Shown: piece by piece, positions 9,955-18,582 of the stretch
Position numbering within the stretch: the stretch's first letter is position 1
Layout of the letters: every line of letters begins with the position of its first letter
DNA from: an uncultured Gemmatimonadales bacterium
GTDB lineage: Bacteria; Gemmatimonadota; Gemmatimonadetes; Gemmatimonadales; GWC2-71-9
NCBI GenBank assembly: GCA_963695555.1
Contig: CAVOGR010000001.1
Span: 800,001 to 864,000, forward strand
DNA length: 64,000 nucleotides
Direction: 5' to 3'
Program-made: the position numbers and the translations under genes
The notes under the pieces: model-generated
The model's input: only the letters and a program-made list of their open reading frames with translations
Databases searched by the model: none
Told to the model about the DNA's origin: nothing

Positions 9955-10502
9955 TACCCAAGACGTTGCTCAATGACACGGCCGTTGGGCTTACCGATGG
10001 CGACTTGCGGCGGCTCGCTATCGTCGCGCAGATGGATCGGGAGCAGTTCTTCGCGACGTATGCCCGGTGGCGGCAGCTCTACGGCGACCGGCATATCTGC
10101 ACGGTGCTGTGTGACGAAGGCCCCGACGCCCGGGGCTACACCGTGTGGAGTTTCTTCCGCGAGCACCCCGATGCCCCGCTGCCCTATCGCCGAAAACGCG
10201 TGTGGCCGGTCGAGGATGCACGCTTCGGCCGGTGCCTGGACCACCCGGCCTTCGCGGAACGATCGGTCGCGGTGATCAGCCGCAGCATTCCCGCTGGCCT
10301 GTTGGATGAAGCCGGCGAGACACTCGGGCGCTATCTGCAGGCGGGTAGGTCCGCCAGCGCCCGGCTCCTTCGGGACCGTCGGCTAGTGCAACTCGAGCCC
10401 GCCGAGGGTCGCGGGGAGGCCGTCTGGCCCGAGCCCGAGTCCCGTGGGCTGGTGCCTCTCCCCACGGCCGGCCAGCCACGCAGTCGCTGGCGGAGGCCGT
10501 AG
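9945..10502 (+). CDS. Hypothetical protein
   Basis: 185-aa ORF overlapping the previous stop, GC3-rich codons; no motif recognised. Confidence 0.5.
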   Translation: MALVPKTLLNDTAVGLTDGDLRRLAIVAQMDREQFFATYARWRQLYGDRHICTVLCDEGPDARGYTVWSFFREHPDAPLPYRRKRVWPVEDARFGRCLDHPAFAERSVAVISRSIPAGLLDEAGETLGRYLQAGRSASARLLRDRRLVQLEPAEGRGEAVWPEPESRGLVPLPTAGQPRSRWRRP

Positions 10503-10568
10503 CGGATCCGCATCCGCGAGCCACCCCTTGAGTTGAGGCCTGGCTCGCTCTACTGTTTCGGGGGATCG

Positions 10569-10642
10569 GCGCCCGTAGCTCAATTGGATAGAGCATCGGA
10601 CTTCGGATCCGAGGGTTGGGGGTTCGAGTCCCTCCGGGCGCG
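10569..10642 (+). tRNA. tRNA-Arg, anticodon TCG (CCA not encoded)
   Basis: Acceptor GCGCCCG/CGGGCGC, D arm TAGCTCAATTGGATAGAGC, anticodon arm TCGGA-CTTCGGA-TCCGA, T loop GTTCGAGTC. Confidence 0.95.
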
Positions 10643-10644
10643 CT

Positions 10645-10686
10645 GGCTCGCGCTGGCTCTCGAGGCCAGCACGAGCCTTTCTTCTT
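10645..10686 (+). terminator. Intrinsic terminator after the tRNA
   Basis: GGCTCGCGCTGGC / GCCAGCACGAGCC stem followed by TTTCTTCTT. Confidence 0.75.
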
Positions 10687-10699
10687 CCATATGAAGGGT

Positions 10700-10790
10700 A
10701 GATCGGGGGAGCGGTGACCTCCTCCGTCCTTGCCGTCGGGCCGCTCTCACGAAATCTTCCAGGGCAGAAGCGTCCCGACTCCCGATGCCG
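10700..10790 (+). promoter_or_regulatory. Structured 5' leader, possible glycine-riboswitch-like variant
   Basis: GGGGGAG..GCCGTCGGG..GAAATCTTCCAGGGCAGAAG order resembles the glycine aptamer (GGAGA..CCGAAGG..AAUCUCUCAGG); several mutually exclusive helices. Confidence 0.3.
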
Positions 10791-10824
10791 AGCAGGAGCA
10801 CGGTCATGGACCCGAGGAGACGCC

Positions 10825-12285
10825 GTGAGCAGCACTGAAAACCCAGCCAGCACCACGTTACGCAGCCGCATCCTCGGGGTCGAGCAGGAAGTCCCGTTGC
10901 TCGACGGGCGGATGGGGCCGTACGTCAACTTCGACAACGCCGCGAGCACGCCGCCGCTGGTGGACGTCATGGATGCGCTGACGCGGTTCCTGCCTTTCTA
11001 TTCCAGCGTGCACCGGGGGACCGGTTTCAAGTCCCGCTTGAGCAGCGAAGCCTACGATGACGCGCACAGGATCCTCACCAGGTTCGTCGGGGCCGACCCG
11101 GCCAGCAACACTGTCATCTTTGGCAAGAACACCACCGAAGCGATCAACAAGCTGTCCTACCGGTTGGCGCTGTCCTCCGACGCGGTCGTGCTCTCGTCGC
11201 AGCTCGAGCACCACTCCAACGATCTCCCGTGGCGGCGTACGGCCCAAGTCGTCCACGTCCGGGCCACCCCGGATGGCCGATTCGATGAAGACGACTTCGA
11301 CCGGCAATTGGCGCAGTATGGGAACCGCGTCGCCCTGGTCTCGGTGACCGGGGCCTCGAACGTGAGCGGCCTCATCCCGCCCATCCATCGACTGGCCCGG
11401 AAAGCCCATGCGGCGGGCGCACGCATTCTGGTGGATGCCGCTCAGCTCGCGCCCCATCGGCGGATCGACATGAGGCCCGACAACGATCCGGAGCATCTCG
11501 ATTTTGTCGTCTTGTCGGCACATAAGATGTACGCGCCGTTCGGGACCGGGGCGTTGGTGGGGCCGAAAGAGGTGTTCCTCAGGAGCGCGCCCGAATACCA
11601 GGGTGGGGGCACTGTCGATGTGGTAACCCTGGACGAGGTGCATTGGGCGGATGTTCCCGACCGCGAGGAAGCCGGGAGCCCCAATGTGGTCGGTGCGGTG
11701 GCCATGGCCGCGGCCGCGGCGGCCCTGATGGATGTCGGGATGGACACGATCGCCGAGCATGAGACCCGGCTGGTGAGCCATTGTCTCGAGCGGCTTCGCG
11801 ACGTGCCAGGGGCGGTGGTCTACGGGGACCGAGATCCGGCGCTGGCACACACCAGGGTGGGCGCCATCCCGTTCAATCTCGAGGGCGTGTCGCACGCGCT
11901 CCTGGCGTCCATCCTTGGTTACGAGGCCGGGATTGGCGTCCGGCACGGCTGCTTCTGCGCCCATCCCTACGTGGTGCATCTGCTCCAGCTCAGCGAAGCG
12001 GACGCGGCATCCTGGCGCGCGCAGGTCCTGACCGGCGACAAGTCCAACATGCCCGGGATGGTTCGCGTGAGCTTCGGGTGCTACAACACCACCGAGGAGA
12101 TCGATCGCCTGATCGACATGCTGGGCCGGATTTCCCGCGGCCAATACCAGGGCCGCTACCGGCAGCTCGCCGGGAACGGCGAGTACGTGCCGGAAGGACA
12201 GTCCATGCGATTCGATGAATACTTCTCCCTCGAACCGGGCGCGGCCGGATCGGGCGGGCTTCCGGAGCGGCTCTGCGGCGGCTAA
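10825..12285 (+). CDS. Aminotransferase class V PLP enzyme (cysteine desulfurase/SufS-like)
   Basis: NFDNAAST, EHHSNDLPW, DAAQ, SAHKMYAPFGTG (PLP Lys), RHGCFCAHP (catalytic Cys); GAGGAG RBS before GTG 10825. Confidence 0.9.
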   Translation: MSSTENPASTTLRSRILGVEQEVPLLDGRMGPYVNFDNAASTPPLVDVMDALTRFLPFYSSVHRGTGFKSRLSSEAYDDAHRILTRFVGADPASNTVIFGKNTTEAINKLSYRLALSSDAVVLSSQLEHHSNDLPWRRTAQVVHVRATPDGRFDEDDFDRQLAQYGNRVALVSVTGASNVSGLIPPIHRLARKAHAAGARILVDAAQLAPHRRIDMRPDNDPEHLDFVVLSAHKMYAPFGTGALVGPKEVFLRSAPEYQGGGTVDVVTLDEVHWADVPDREEAGSPNVVGAVAMAAAAAALMDVGMDTIAEHETRLVSHCLERLRDVPGAVVYGDRDPALAHTRVGAIPFNLEGVSHALLASILGYEAGIGVRHGCFCAHPYVVHLLQLSEADAASWRAQVLTGDKSNMPGMVRVSFGCYNTTEEIDRLIDMLGRISRGQYQGRYRQLAGNGEYVPEGQSMRFDEYFSLEPGAAGSGGLPERLCGG

Positions 12286-12335
12286 GACCTCGCGTCATGC
12301 CCGTCTCGAGTCCTCAGCCGGGTGACAACCCCACA

Positions 12336-14123
12336 ATGACGAAATCCCTGCTCGTGATCGGCGGTGCCTCGCTCGATATCCTGCACTTCCGAGGACGAAC
12401 GGCACGCTCGGCCGGCGGGGCGGGGCTCTACACTGCGCTCGCGGCCCATCGGGCCGGAGTGCGGGTCACCATGATCGGCCCCCGGCCCAATCCGATGCCG
12501 CCAGAACTCGGCCCCGCGGCGGAACGGATTCAATGGATCGGGCCCCAGGTGACGCCTGAAGAGTTGCCCACGTTCGAAATCGCGCACCACGGGGCTGGAT
12601 ACTCCAATATCGAAAACATCTACTGGCGCTCCGAGGCAGCACTCTCGCCGGCGGATCTACCCGGGCTCGAACCGGGTCACGACTTGGTCTATTGCATCGG
12701 GCTGACCGACCCCCAAAGCCAACTCGCTTTCGTTACCTACCTGCGGTCCATTGGTCGGACGGTGGCGTGCGGTACCTATGGTTGCGCCGTGACCGATCAT
12801 GCGCCTGTCGTTCGCGAAATCATGGAATTGGCGGACATCTTCTTCTGCAATGAGTCGGAAGCCGTCGGTCTCTTCGGTTCCGTCGAGGGGGCCCGCACCC
12901 AGTCCGGCAAAGTCCTGTTCGTCACTCGTGGACCGCGAGGGGCCAGGGTGATTCTTGGCGACTATGCAACCGACATACCGGCAATCCCTGTCCGCGAGTT
13001 GGATCCGACCGGCGCCGGCGACACATTCTGCGGAACCGTGCTGGCCTTTCTGGCGCACAATGCTCATCCGGTCATTGCGGCGGAGCACGGTGTAGCCGCC
13101 GCGGCTGAGATGATTACCGGCGTGGGCCCTGAAACTCTGCTCCGCGCCGCGCCGACGCCGGCCCCGCCGGACGACCCGCGGGTTCGTGTAGATGAAGCGC
13201 AAGCGGGTCGGATCGGCCGTCTGATCGGTTCGCTTCCGGAGGTCGAACCGTTCGACTTCACAGGCGAGCTGTTTCCACCGCCGGGACACACGGCTGCGTT
13301 GGATTTCTTTTTCGCGGCCACACTCCAGCAATTTGGATTCTGGAACGAGCAGGGCGGGCGCTACACCGCGCCGATGGTCGCGAGCGTGGGTGGGATCGAG
13401 CGCAAAGGAAGTGACTATCTCTGGGCGGCCTACCGCCGCTGGATGGAGGACGATCCGGAGGGACTGACCCCCGCCGCGCAGGCGTCGCTCGATCGCCCCG
13501 CCCTCGCCGCTCACACCCGCTCGGATTCGGGGGCGAGCCCGCTTCCGGTTCTCGACCTTCGAGTCGAGGCGGCACGCTCGTTTGGGCGCGACATGACCGC
13601 GCTAGGGTGGACCCCGGCCTCGGTTCTTCAGCACGCCAACGCATGCCCTGCGCCGCTCGAGAGCTTCTTGTCCTCACTCGATCGGGTGGGCGGATACAAG
13701 GAGGACCCGCTCCGAAAAAAGTCCGCGCTGCTCGCCGTCATTCTCGAGCAGCGGCCCGAGCGCTTTCTGAAACACATCCCCGGCGAGACCACGCCGCCAA
13801 TCGTGGATTACCACGTCATGCGGAGCTGTCTTCGTATGGGACTGATCCGGATCGATGACGAGGAGCTGTTGCGCAAACTCGAAGGCAGGGAGACGGTGCC
13901 GGCCCCGGACGAGTGGGCCGTTCGGCACGCGTCGTATCGTGCAATGACCCGGCTGCAGGGAGTCAGTGGCCGGTCGATGGGGGCAGTCGACTACTTCTTC
14001 TTCCAGAACCGTCGGCGCTGCCCGGAAATGACGGCACCGGATTGCGGCCGATGCCCGGTCGATCCAGCCTGTGCCCACGCCATCGGGCTGTTTCAGCCGG
14101 TGGTTCGCACCACATTCTACTAG
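12336..14123 (+). CDS. Fusion: PfkB carbohydrate/nucleoside kinase + queuosine-salvage (Qng1/DUF2419)-like glycosylase domain with C-terminal 4-Cys motif
   Basis: AGGAG, CNESEA, TRGPRG, DPTGAGDTF (PfkB); QQFGFW, RKKSALL, IVDYHVMR..LRMGLI, DEWAVR (Qng1-like); C-x7-C-x2-C-x5-C tail. Confidence 0.75.
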   Translation: MTKSLLVIGGASLDILHFRGRTARSAGGAGLYTALAAHRAGVRVTMIGPRPNPMPPELGPAAERIQWIGPQVTPEELPTFEIAHHGAGYSNIENIYWRSEAALSPADLPGLEPGHDLVYCIGLTDPQSQLAFVTYLRSIGRTVACGTYGCAVTDHAPVVREIMELADIFFCNESEAVGLFGSVEGARTQSGKVLFVTRGPRGARVILGDYATDIPAIPVRELDPTGAGDTFCGTVLAFLAHNAHPVIAAEHGVAAAAEMITGVGPETLLRAAPTPAPPDDPRVRVDEAQAGRIGRLIGSLPEVEPFDFTGELFPPPGHTAALDFFFAATLQQFGFWNEQGGRYTAPMVASVGGIERKGSDYLWAAYRRWMEDDPEGLTPAAQASLDRPALAAHTRSDSGASPLPVLDLRVEAARSFGRDMTALGWTPASVLQHANACPAPLESFLSSLDRVGGYKEDPLRKKSALLAVILEQRPERFLKHIPGETTPPIVDYHVMRSCLRMGLIRIDDEELLRKLEGRETVPAPDEWAVRHASYRAMTRLQGVSGRSMGAVDYFFFQNRRRCPEMTAPDCGRCPVDPACAHAIGLFQPVVRTTFY

Positions 14124-14184
14124 ACGGCCTTCCTGCAAGGCTCGGCGGCCAGTGGGCACGGATCTTGATTAGCTTTCCACCATC

Positions 14185-14991
14185 ATGCCGTTCACCCTTG
14201 CACACCCCGCTGCCGCCATCCCCCTCCGACGCCTGCTTGGCGGGTCCGGGGTTCTCTCGGCCCTGGTCATCGGAAGCCTGACCCCGGATTTTGCCTACTT
14301 CGTGCCGTGGACCGTGAGCGTGATGGAAGCCCGCGGCGGAACGCACAGTTTTCTGGGGCTGCTCTGGTTCTGCCTACCGGTTGGGCTCGTCACCTACGTG
14401 GCCTTTCACGTCCTCGCGAAAGAGCCCGCCGTCGCCCTGTTGCCCGAACGGATAGCTCAGCGTCTCTGGCCGTTGGTGGACCGTGAGCCGGGCCTGCCGC
14501 GTGCCTCCGTTTGGGCCGTTGTCCTGTCGCTCATGGTCGGCGCCCTGACCCACCCGCTGTGGGATGCCTTTACCCACTTCGGCGGTCCAGCCATGGATAT
14601 CTTTCCCTTCTTGAACACCGCCGTTGGCCAGGTCTTTGGGCAGACGCTCCGGGTGTACAACGTGTTGCAGCATGCCAGCACAATCGGCGGGCTAGGCTTG
14701 TTGGCCTGGTGGACGATGCGCTGGATTCGTGCCGCGCCAGCTCCGGAGCTGACCCGACCCCGGCTCTCTCCACGTACCCGGACGCTCCTGATACTCATGG
14801 TCATGTTGGCGACGGCAGCCGGCGCAATTCTCGGTGGGTGGCGAGCCGCGCGAGTGGGAGAAGGGTGGTGGGCGGTCGAAACCTTCGTGTGGCACGGCGC
14901 CGTGTGGGGCATGGGGGCATTCGGCCTGACGTTGGTGCTGCTGGGTATCATCTGGCGAGGGACGGGGTGGCGCGCACTCGCGGAAACGTGA
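14185..14991 (+). CDS. DUF4184 family membrane protein
   Basis: MPFTLAHPAA, IGSLTPDFAYF, THPLWDAFTH, LQHAST. Confidence 0.88.
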   Translation: MPFTLAHPAAAIPLRRLLGGSGVLSALVIGSLTPDFAYFVPWTVSVMEARGGTHSFLGLLWFCLPVGLVTYVAFHVLAKEPAVALLPERIAQRLWPLVDREPGLPRASVWAVVLSLMVGALTHPLWDAFTHFGGPAMDIFPFLNTAVGQVFGQTLRVYNVLQHASTIGGLGLLAWWTMRWIRAAPAPELTRPRLSPRTRTLLILMVMLATAAGAILGGWRAARVGEGWWAVETFVWHGAVWGMGAFGLTLVLLGIIWRGTGWRALAET

Positions 14992-15055
14992 AACATTCCC
15001 CTACTATTCCAATGGGTTATACGCCACCCTGTGCCGCACCAATTGGAGGAGATCC

Positions 15056-15226
15056 GTGCAACTCAGCTTGACACCCGAAGAGGCGTCGATGCTCCACGAC
15101 GTCCTGGCGAACTACGTGTCGGAACTCCGGATGGAAATCTCCAACACCGACTCCATGGACTTCCGAGAGCGGCTCAAAGCCAAAGAGGTGTTCCTCAAGC
15201 GTCTGCTCAACGACCTCGGTGCCTGA
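15056..15226 (+). CDS. Small 56-aa helical protein (absent from ORF track)
   Basis: GGAGGAG RBS, GTG start; MQLSLTPEEASMLHDVLANYVSELRMEISNTDSMDFRERLKAKEVFLKRLLNDLGA. Confidence 0.75.
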   Translation: MQLSLTPEEASMLHDVLANYVSELRMEISNTDSMDFRERLKAKEVFLKRLLNDLGA

Positions 15227-15255
15227 GTCACTGGAACTCGATTCCGCGGCGTCCT

Positions 15256-15669
15256 GTGGTCACCGCGTCGGCTGAGCCGGCAGCGGGCCGCACCGTTGTT
15301 CTGCAACTCACGGAATGGGGTAGTGGGCCGATCGGTCCGGCCGAGGCCCACGTCGGTCATGTCACCCTCGGCCGTCGACTGATTCGAGGGGGCATCCCCG
15401 TGGCTGTCGCCGCCGTTCTTACGCTCTTGATCCTACCGGTACCCCTGATGCACCTGGCCGGTATTCCGCTCCTCGTCTTGGGCATCTATTTTGGCGTTCG
15501 AAATGCCCGGGCGCGAGAGGTGTTTCTCGATGCCTCAGGCACCTGTCCGAGTTGCCATAGTCAGACGAAGCTCTTCATCGGCTTCGGGAAGCCGCCATTC
15601 AAACTGCCGGTCAAGACGTCGTGCGGCTCCTGCGGGAGGAACCTGATGTTGAAGCAGGGTGGTGAGTAG
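15256..15669 (+). CDS. Membrane protein with C-terminal Zn-ribbon
   Basis: Two TMs then CPSC...CGSC; start uncertain. Confidence 0.6.
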   Translation: MVTASAEPAAGRTVVLQLTEWGSGPIGPAEAHVGHVTLGRRLIRGGIPVAVAAVLTLLILPVPLMHLAGIPLLVLGIYFGVRNARAREVFLDASGTCPSCHSQTKLFIGFGKPPFKLPVKTSCGSCGRNLMLKQGGE

Positions 15670-15689
15670 GGCAGTAGGCTGGTCGGGGT

Positions 15690-15860
15690 GTGGGTGTTGC
15701 AGGCGTGTCCCTCCGATGTTTGGGTAGCCGGGGGTCTGGTGGGCAGATTGACCGCTCTTCTGTACGATCGCTTTCTTCGTGGAACAGATGATTCGAGCCG
15801 AATTCCGTCCCGCACCCGCCCTGGTGCGGGCCAGGGTCCGGGGAGTCGCCCGGAAGGCGG
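15690..15860 (+). pseudogene. Possible decayed four-helix-bundle (TIGR02436/23S-IVP-like) gene remnant
   Basis: Across frames: DVW..LV..RLTA..DRF..EQMIRA..NSVP..EG, matching the family N-half; preceded by a degenerate G-rich heptamer tract. Confidence 0.35.
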
Positions 15861-15918
15861 GCACACCGTTCGGCAGTTGACGAGGCGCCTCGACTCGCGC
15901 CCGCGGCTCCAAGGGCCG

Positions 15919-15924
15919 TATAAT
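15919..15924 (+). promoter_or_regulatory. -10 box TATAAT, probable leaderless transcript
   Basis: TATAAT 6 nt before kinase ATG 15931; no SD sequence. Confidence 0.65.
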
Positions 15925-15930
15925 TAGCCG

Positions 15931-18481
15931 ATGCCCGACAACCCGGCCGACAACGATCCCCTCACGCGCCTCCGCACGGCGCTGGCCGAGCGATACGAGG
16001 TGCTTGACCAGATCGGGCAAGGTGGCATGGCCACCGTGTATCTGGCGCGCGACGTCAAGCACGAGCGGAACGTCGCTCTCAAGGTCCTTCGGCCCGAACT
16101 CAGCGCCTCGCTCGGCGCGGAGCGCTTCCTGCGAGAGATTCGGGTCGCGGCGAACCTCCAGCATCCCAACATCCTGGCACTGTACGACTCCGGCGACGCG
16201 GATGGCTCCCTCTACTACGTCATGCCGTTCGTGGAGGGCGAGTCGCTGCGCGATCGGCTCGATCGCGAGCGACAGCTCACCATTCCCGACGCCCTCAAGA
16301 TCATCCGGGAAGTGTCGGAAGCGCTGAGCTACGCCCACGCCCAGGGTGTCGTCCATCGCGATATCAAGCCCGAGAACATCATGCTCATGGCCGATCATGC
16401 GCTGGTGGCCGACTTCGGGATCGCGCGCGCCGTCGAGGAGGCCGGCGACGACAGGCTGACCCAATCGGGCATGGCCATCGGGACCCCGCTCTACATGAGC
16501 CCGGAACAGGCCGCCGGGGTCGAGCGGGTCGACGGCCGGAGCGACATCTACAGTCTCGGGTGCATGCTGTACGAGCTGCTGACCGGGGAGCCGCCCTATC
16601 TCGGCTCAACGCCGATCGCGCTCATGACCAAGCACTCGATGGAGGCCATCCCGAGCAGCAAGGTGCTTCGGAACACCGTTCCGGATGAGGTCGATGCCGC
16701 GATCGGGAAGGCCATGGCAAAGGTCCCGGCCGACCGGTTCCAGACCGCACTTCAACTCGCGGAGGCCTTGGGCTCTGTCGAGCACCGGATGAGCATGGGC
16801 GTTGCTCTTCCGGTCACGGTACCTGTGCCGGCCCGCCCCACGGTGGAGCTGCCGAAGAAGCGGGGGCTGTCGAAACTTGCCTTGGCCATGGGTGCCGGAG
16901 GGCTCCTCGTGATTCTGGGGGCCGTCGCCGCCTGGCAACTCGGCCTGTTCGGGGGCGGCGACGGGACGCTCTTCGAGGAGACCGGGCCCGACCCGCGGAA
17001 CATCGCGGTGCTCTACTTCGATGATCAAAGCGCCGACCGCAATCTGGGGTATCTGGCCGATCGGTTTCACCGAGGCGTTGATCGGCGAGTTGAGTCGGGT
17101 GCAGGGGCTCAAGGTGATCTCGCGGAACGGCGTCTTGCCCTACCAGGGTCAGCGGGTGTCTCCCGACAGCATCGCGCGGGCACTCGGCGTCGGGACCTTG
17201 GTCCAGGGCACCATTCAACAGTCGGGTGATCGCCTCCGGATCAACGTCTCGCTGGTCAATGCGGCCGACGGTGCCGAGATCGGCAAGACGACCCTCGAAC
17301 GGAACAAGGACGAGACCTTCGCCCTCCAGGATGACGTGAGCCGGGAGGTGTCGGCCTTCCTCCGACGCCGGCTGGGCGAAGAGGTCCAAATTCGCGAAAG
17401 CCGGCGCGGCACCGGCAATCTCGCCGCCTGGCAGAAGGCCCAGGAGGCCGAGCGGCTGGAGCGGGGGGTACAGGCGTTTCTGGATGCCGGAGACGTCGAG
17501 GCCGCGTCGCAGGAATTTTCCCGCGCCGACTCGCTCTTTGCGGAAGCTGCGTCGCTGGACGACAAGTGGGCGAGTCCGGAGATTGCGCGCGGCTGGATCG
17601 ACTACCGGCGGGCCCGAGAGCTGGCGCGAGGGTTCGACAAGGCGCACTACGCCGAGTGGATCGAGAAGGGTCTGGTCCACGCCGACCGTGCGCTTGCGCT
17701 GGCACCGAACGACCCTGACGCCCTCGAGCTTCGAGGCACGTTCCGGTATTTGAACTATCTCCTGAATCTCGTGCCCGATGCCGAGCAGGAATTGTCCCTG
17801 GCGGAGCAAGATCTCGTGGCGTCGGTGCGGGCCAATCCACAGCAGGCGTCGGCGCTGACCACCTTGAGCCATCTGCTCATGAACCAGGGCAAGACCGCCC
17901 AGGCCAAGGTCCAGGCCCAGCGTGCCTACGAAGCGGATCCCTACCTGAGCAACGTCGATCGCACCATCTGGCGGCTGTTCACCAGCTCACTCGATCTCGA
18001 TGAGGCGGTCGAGGCCACGCGATGGTGCGAGGAAGGAAGGCGCCGCTTTCCCGACGACCCGCGGTTCGTCGAGTGCCAAATCCGAGTGTTTGCCTTACGG
18101 GGCCAGACGCCGGATGTTCCCAAGCTCTGGCGATTGGTCGATGAGTACGTCGAGAAGAGCGCCGAAAATCTCCGCGAGTTCCGGCGCAAGCGGGCCGGCA
18201 TGTTCGTGGCGATGGCGTTGGTGCGCGCCGGCTTGCCGGACAGCGCGCGGGCGGTTGCGGTCCGGTCACGGGCGGACGCGGAAATCGATACGGCTCGGGA
18301 GCTGGCCTGGTTCGAGGCCATCGTCCGAACGTTCCTGGGCGAGAAAGACCAGGCCATCGACCTGCTTAGCGTGTACCTGGCATCCAATCCGGGGCAGCGC
18401 GCCTCCTGGGCCCGCGATTCGACGTGGTGGTTCAAGGATCTCCGGTCCGACCCTCGGTATCGGGATCTGGTAGGATCCTAG
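15931..18481 (+). CDS. Hanks-type Ser/Thr kinase with TM, TolB-N-like and TPR domains (frameshift near 17062)
   Basis: GQGGMATVY, VALK, HRDIKPEN, DFG, GTPLYMSPE; removing one C near 17062 joins 'IAVLYF..YLAD' to 'GFTEALIGELSRV'. Confidence 0.88.
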
Positions 18482-18582
18482 CTGCTCTAGCAAAACTCCG
18501 ACGACACCATACATTGGTAGGCAATAGCCCCTCGTACTGGGGAATCCCCTCGTTCATACCTGCGTCTACCTTGGAGGGCCGC

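Noticed and set aside
10569..10700. tRNA as attachment site of an integrated island
   Set aside because: No integrase and no duplicate of the tRNA 3' end seen in the window
10690..10800. Canonical SAM-I/SAM-IV or SAH riboswitch, or tRNA-Sec
   Set aside because: Lacks the AUC..GAG / GCAACC / GUGC core, the SAH GCUGC..CAGGCUC core, and any UCA anticodon cloverleaf
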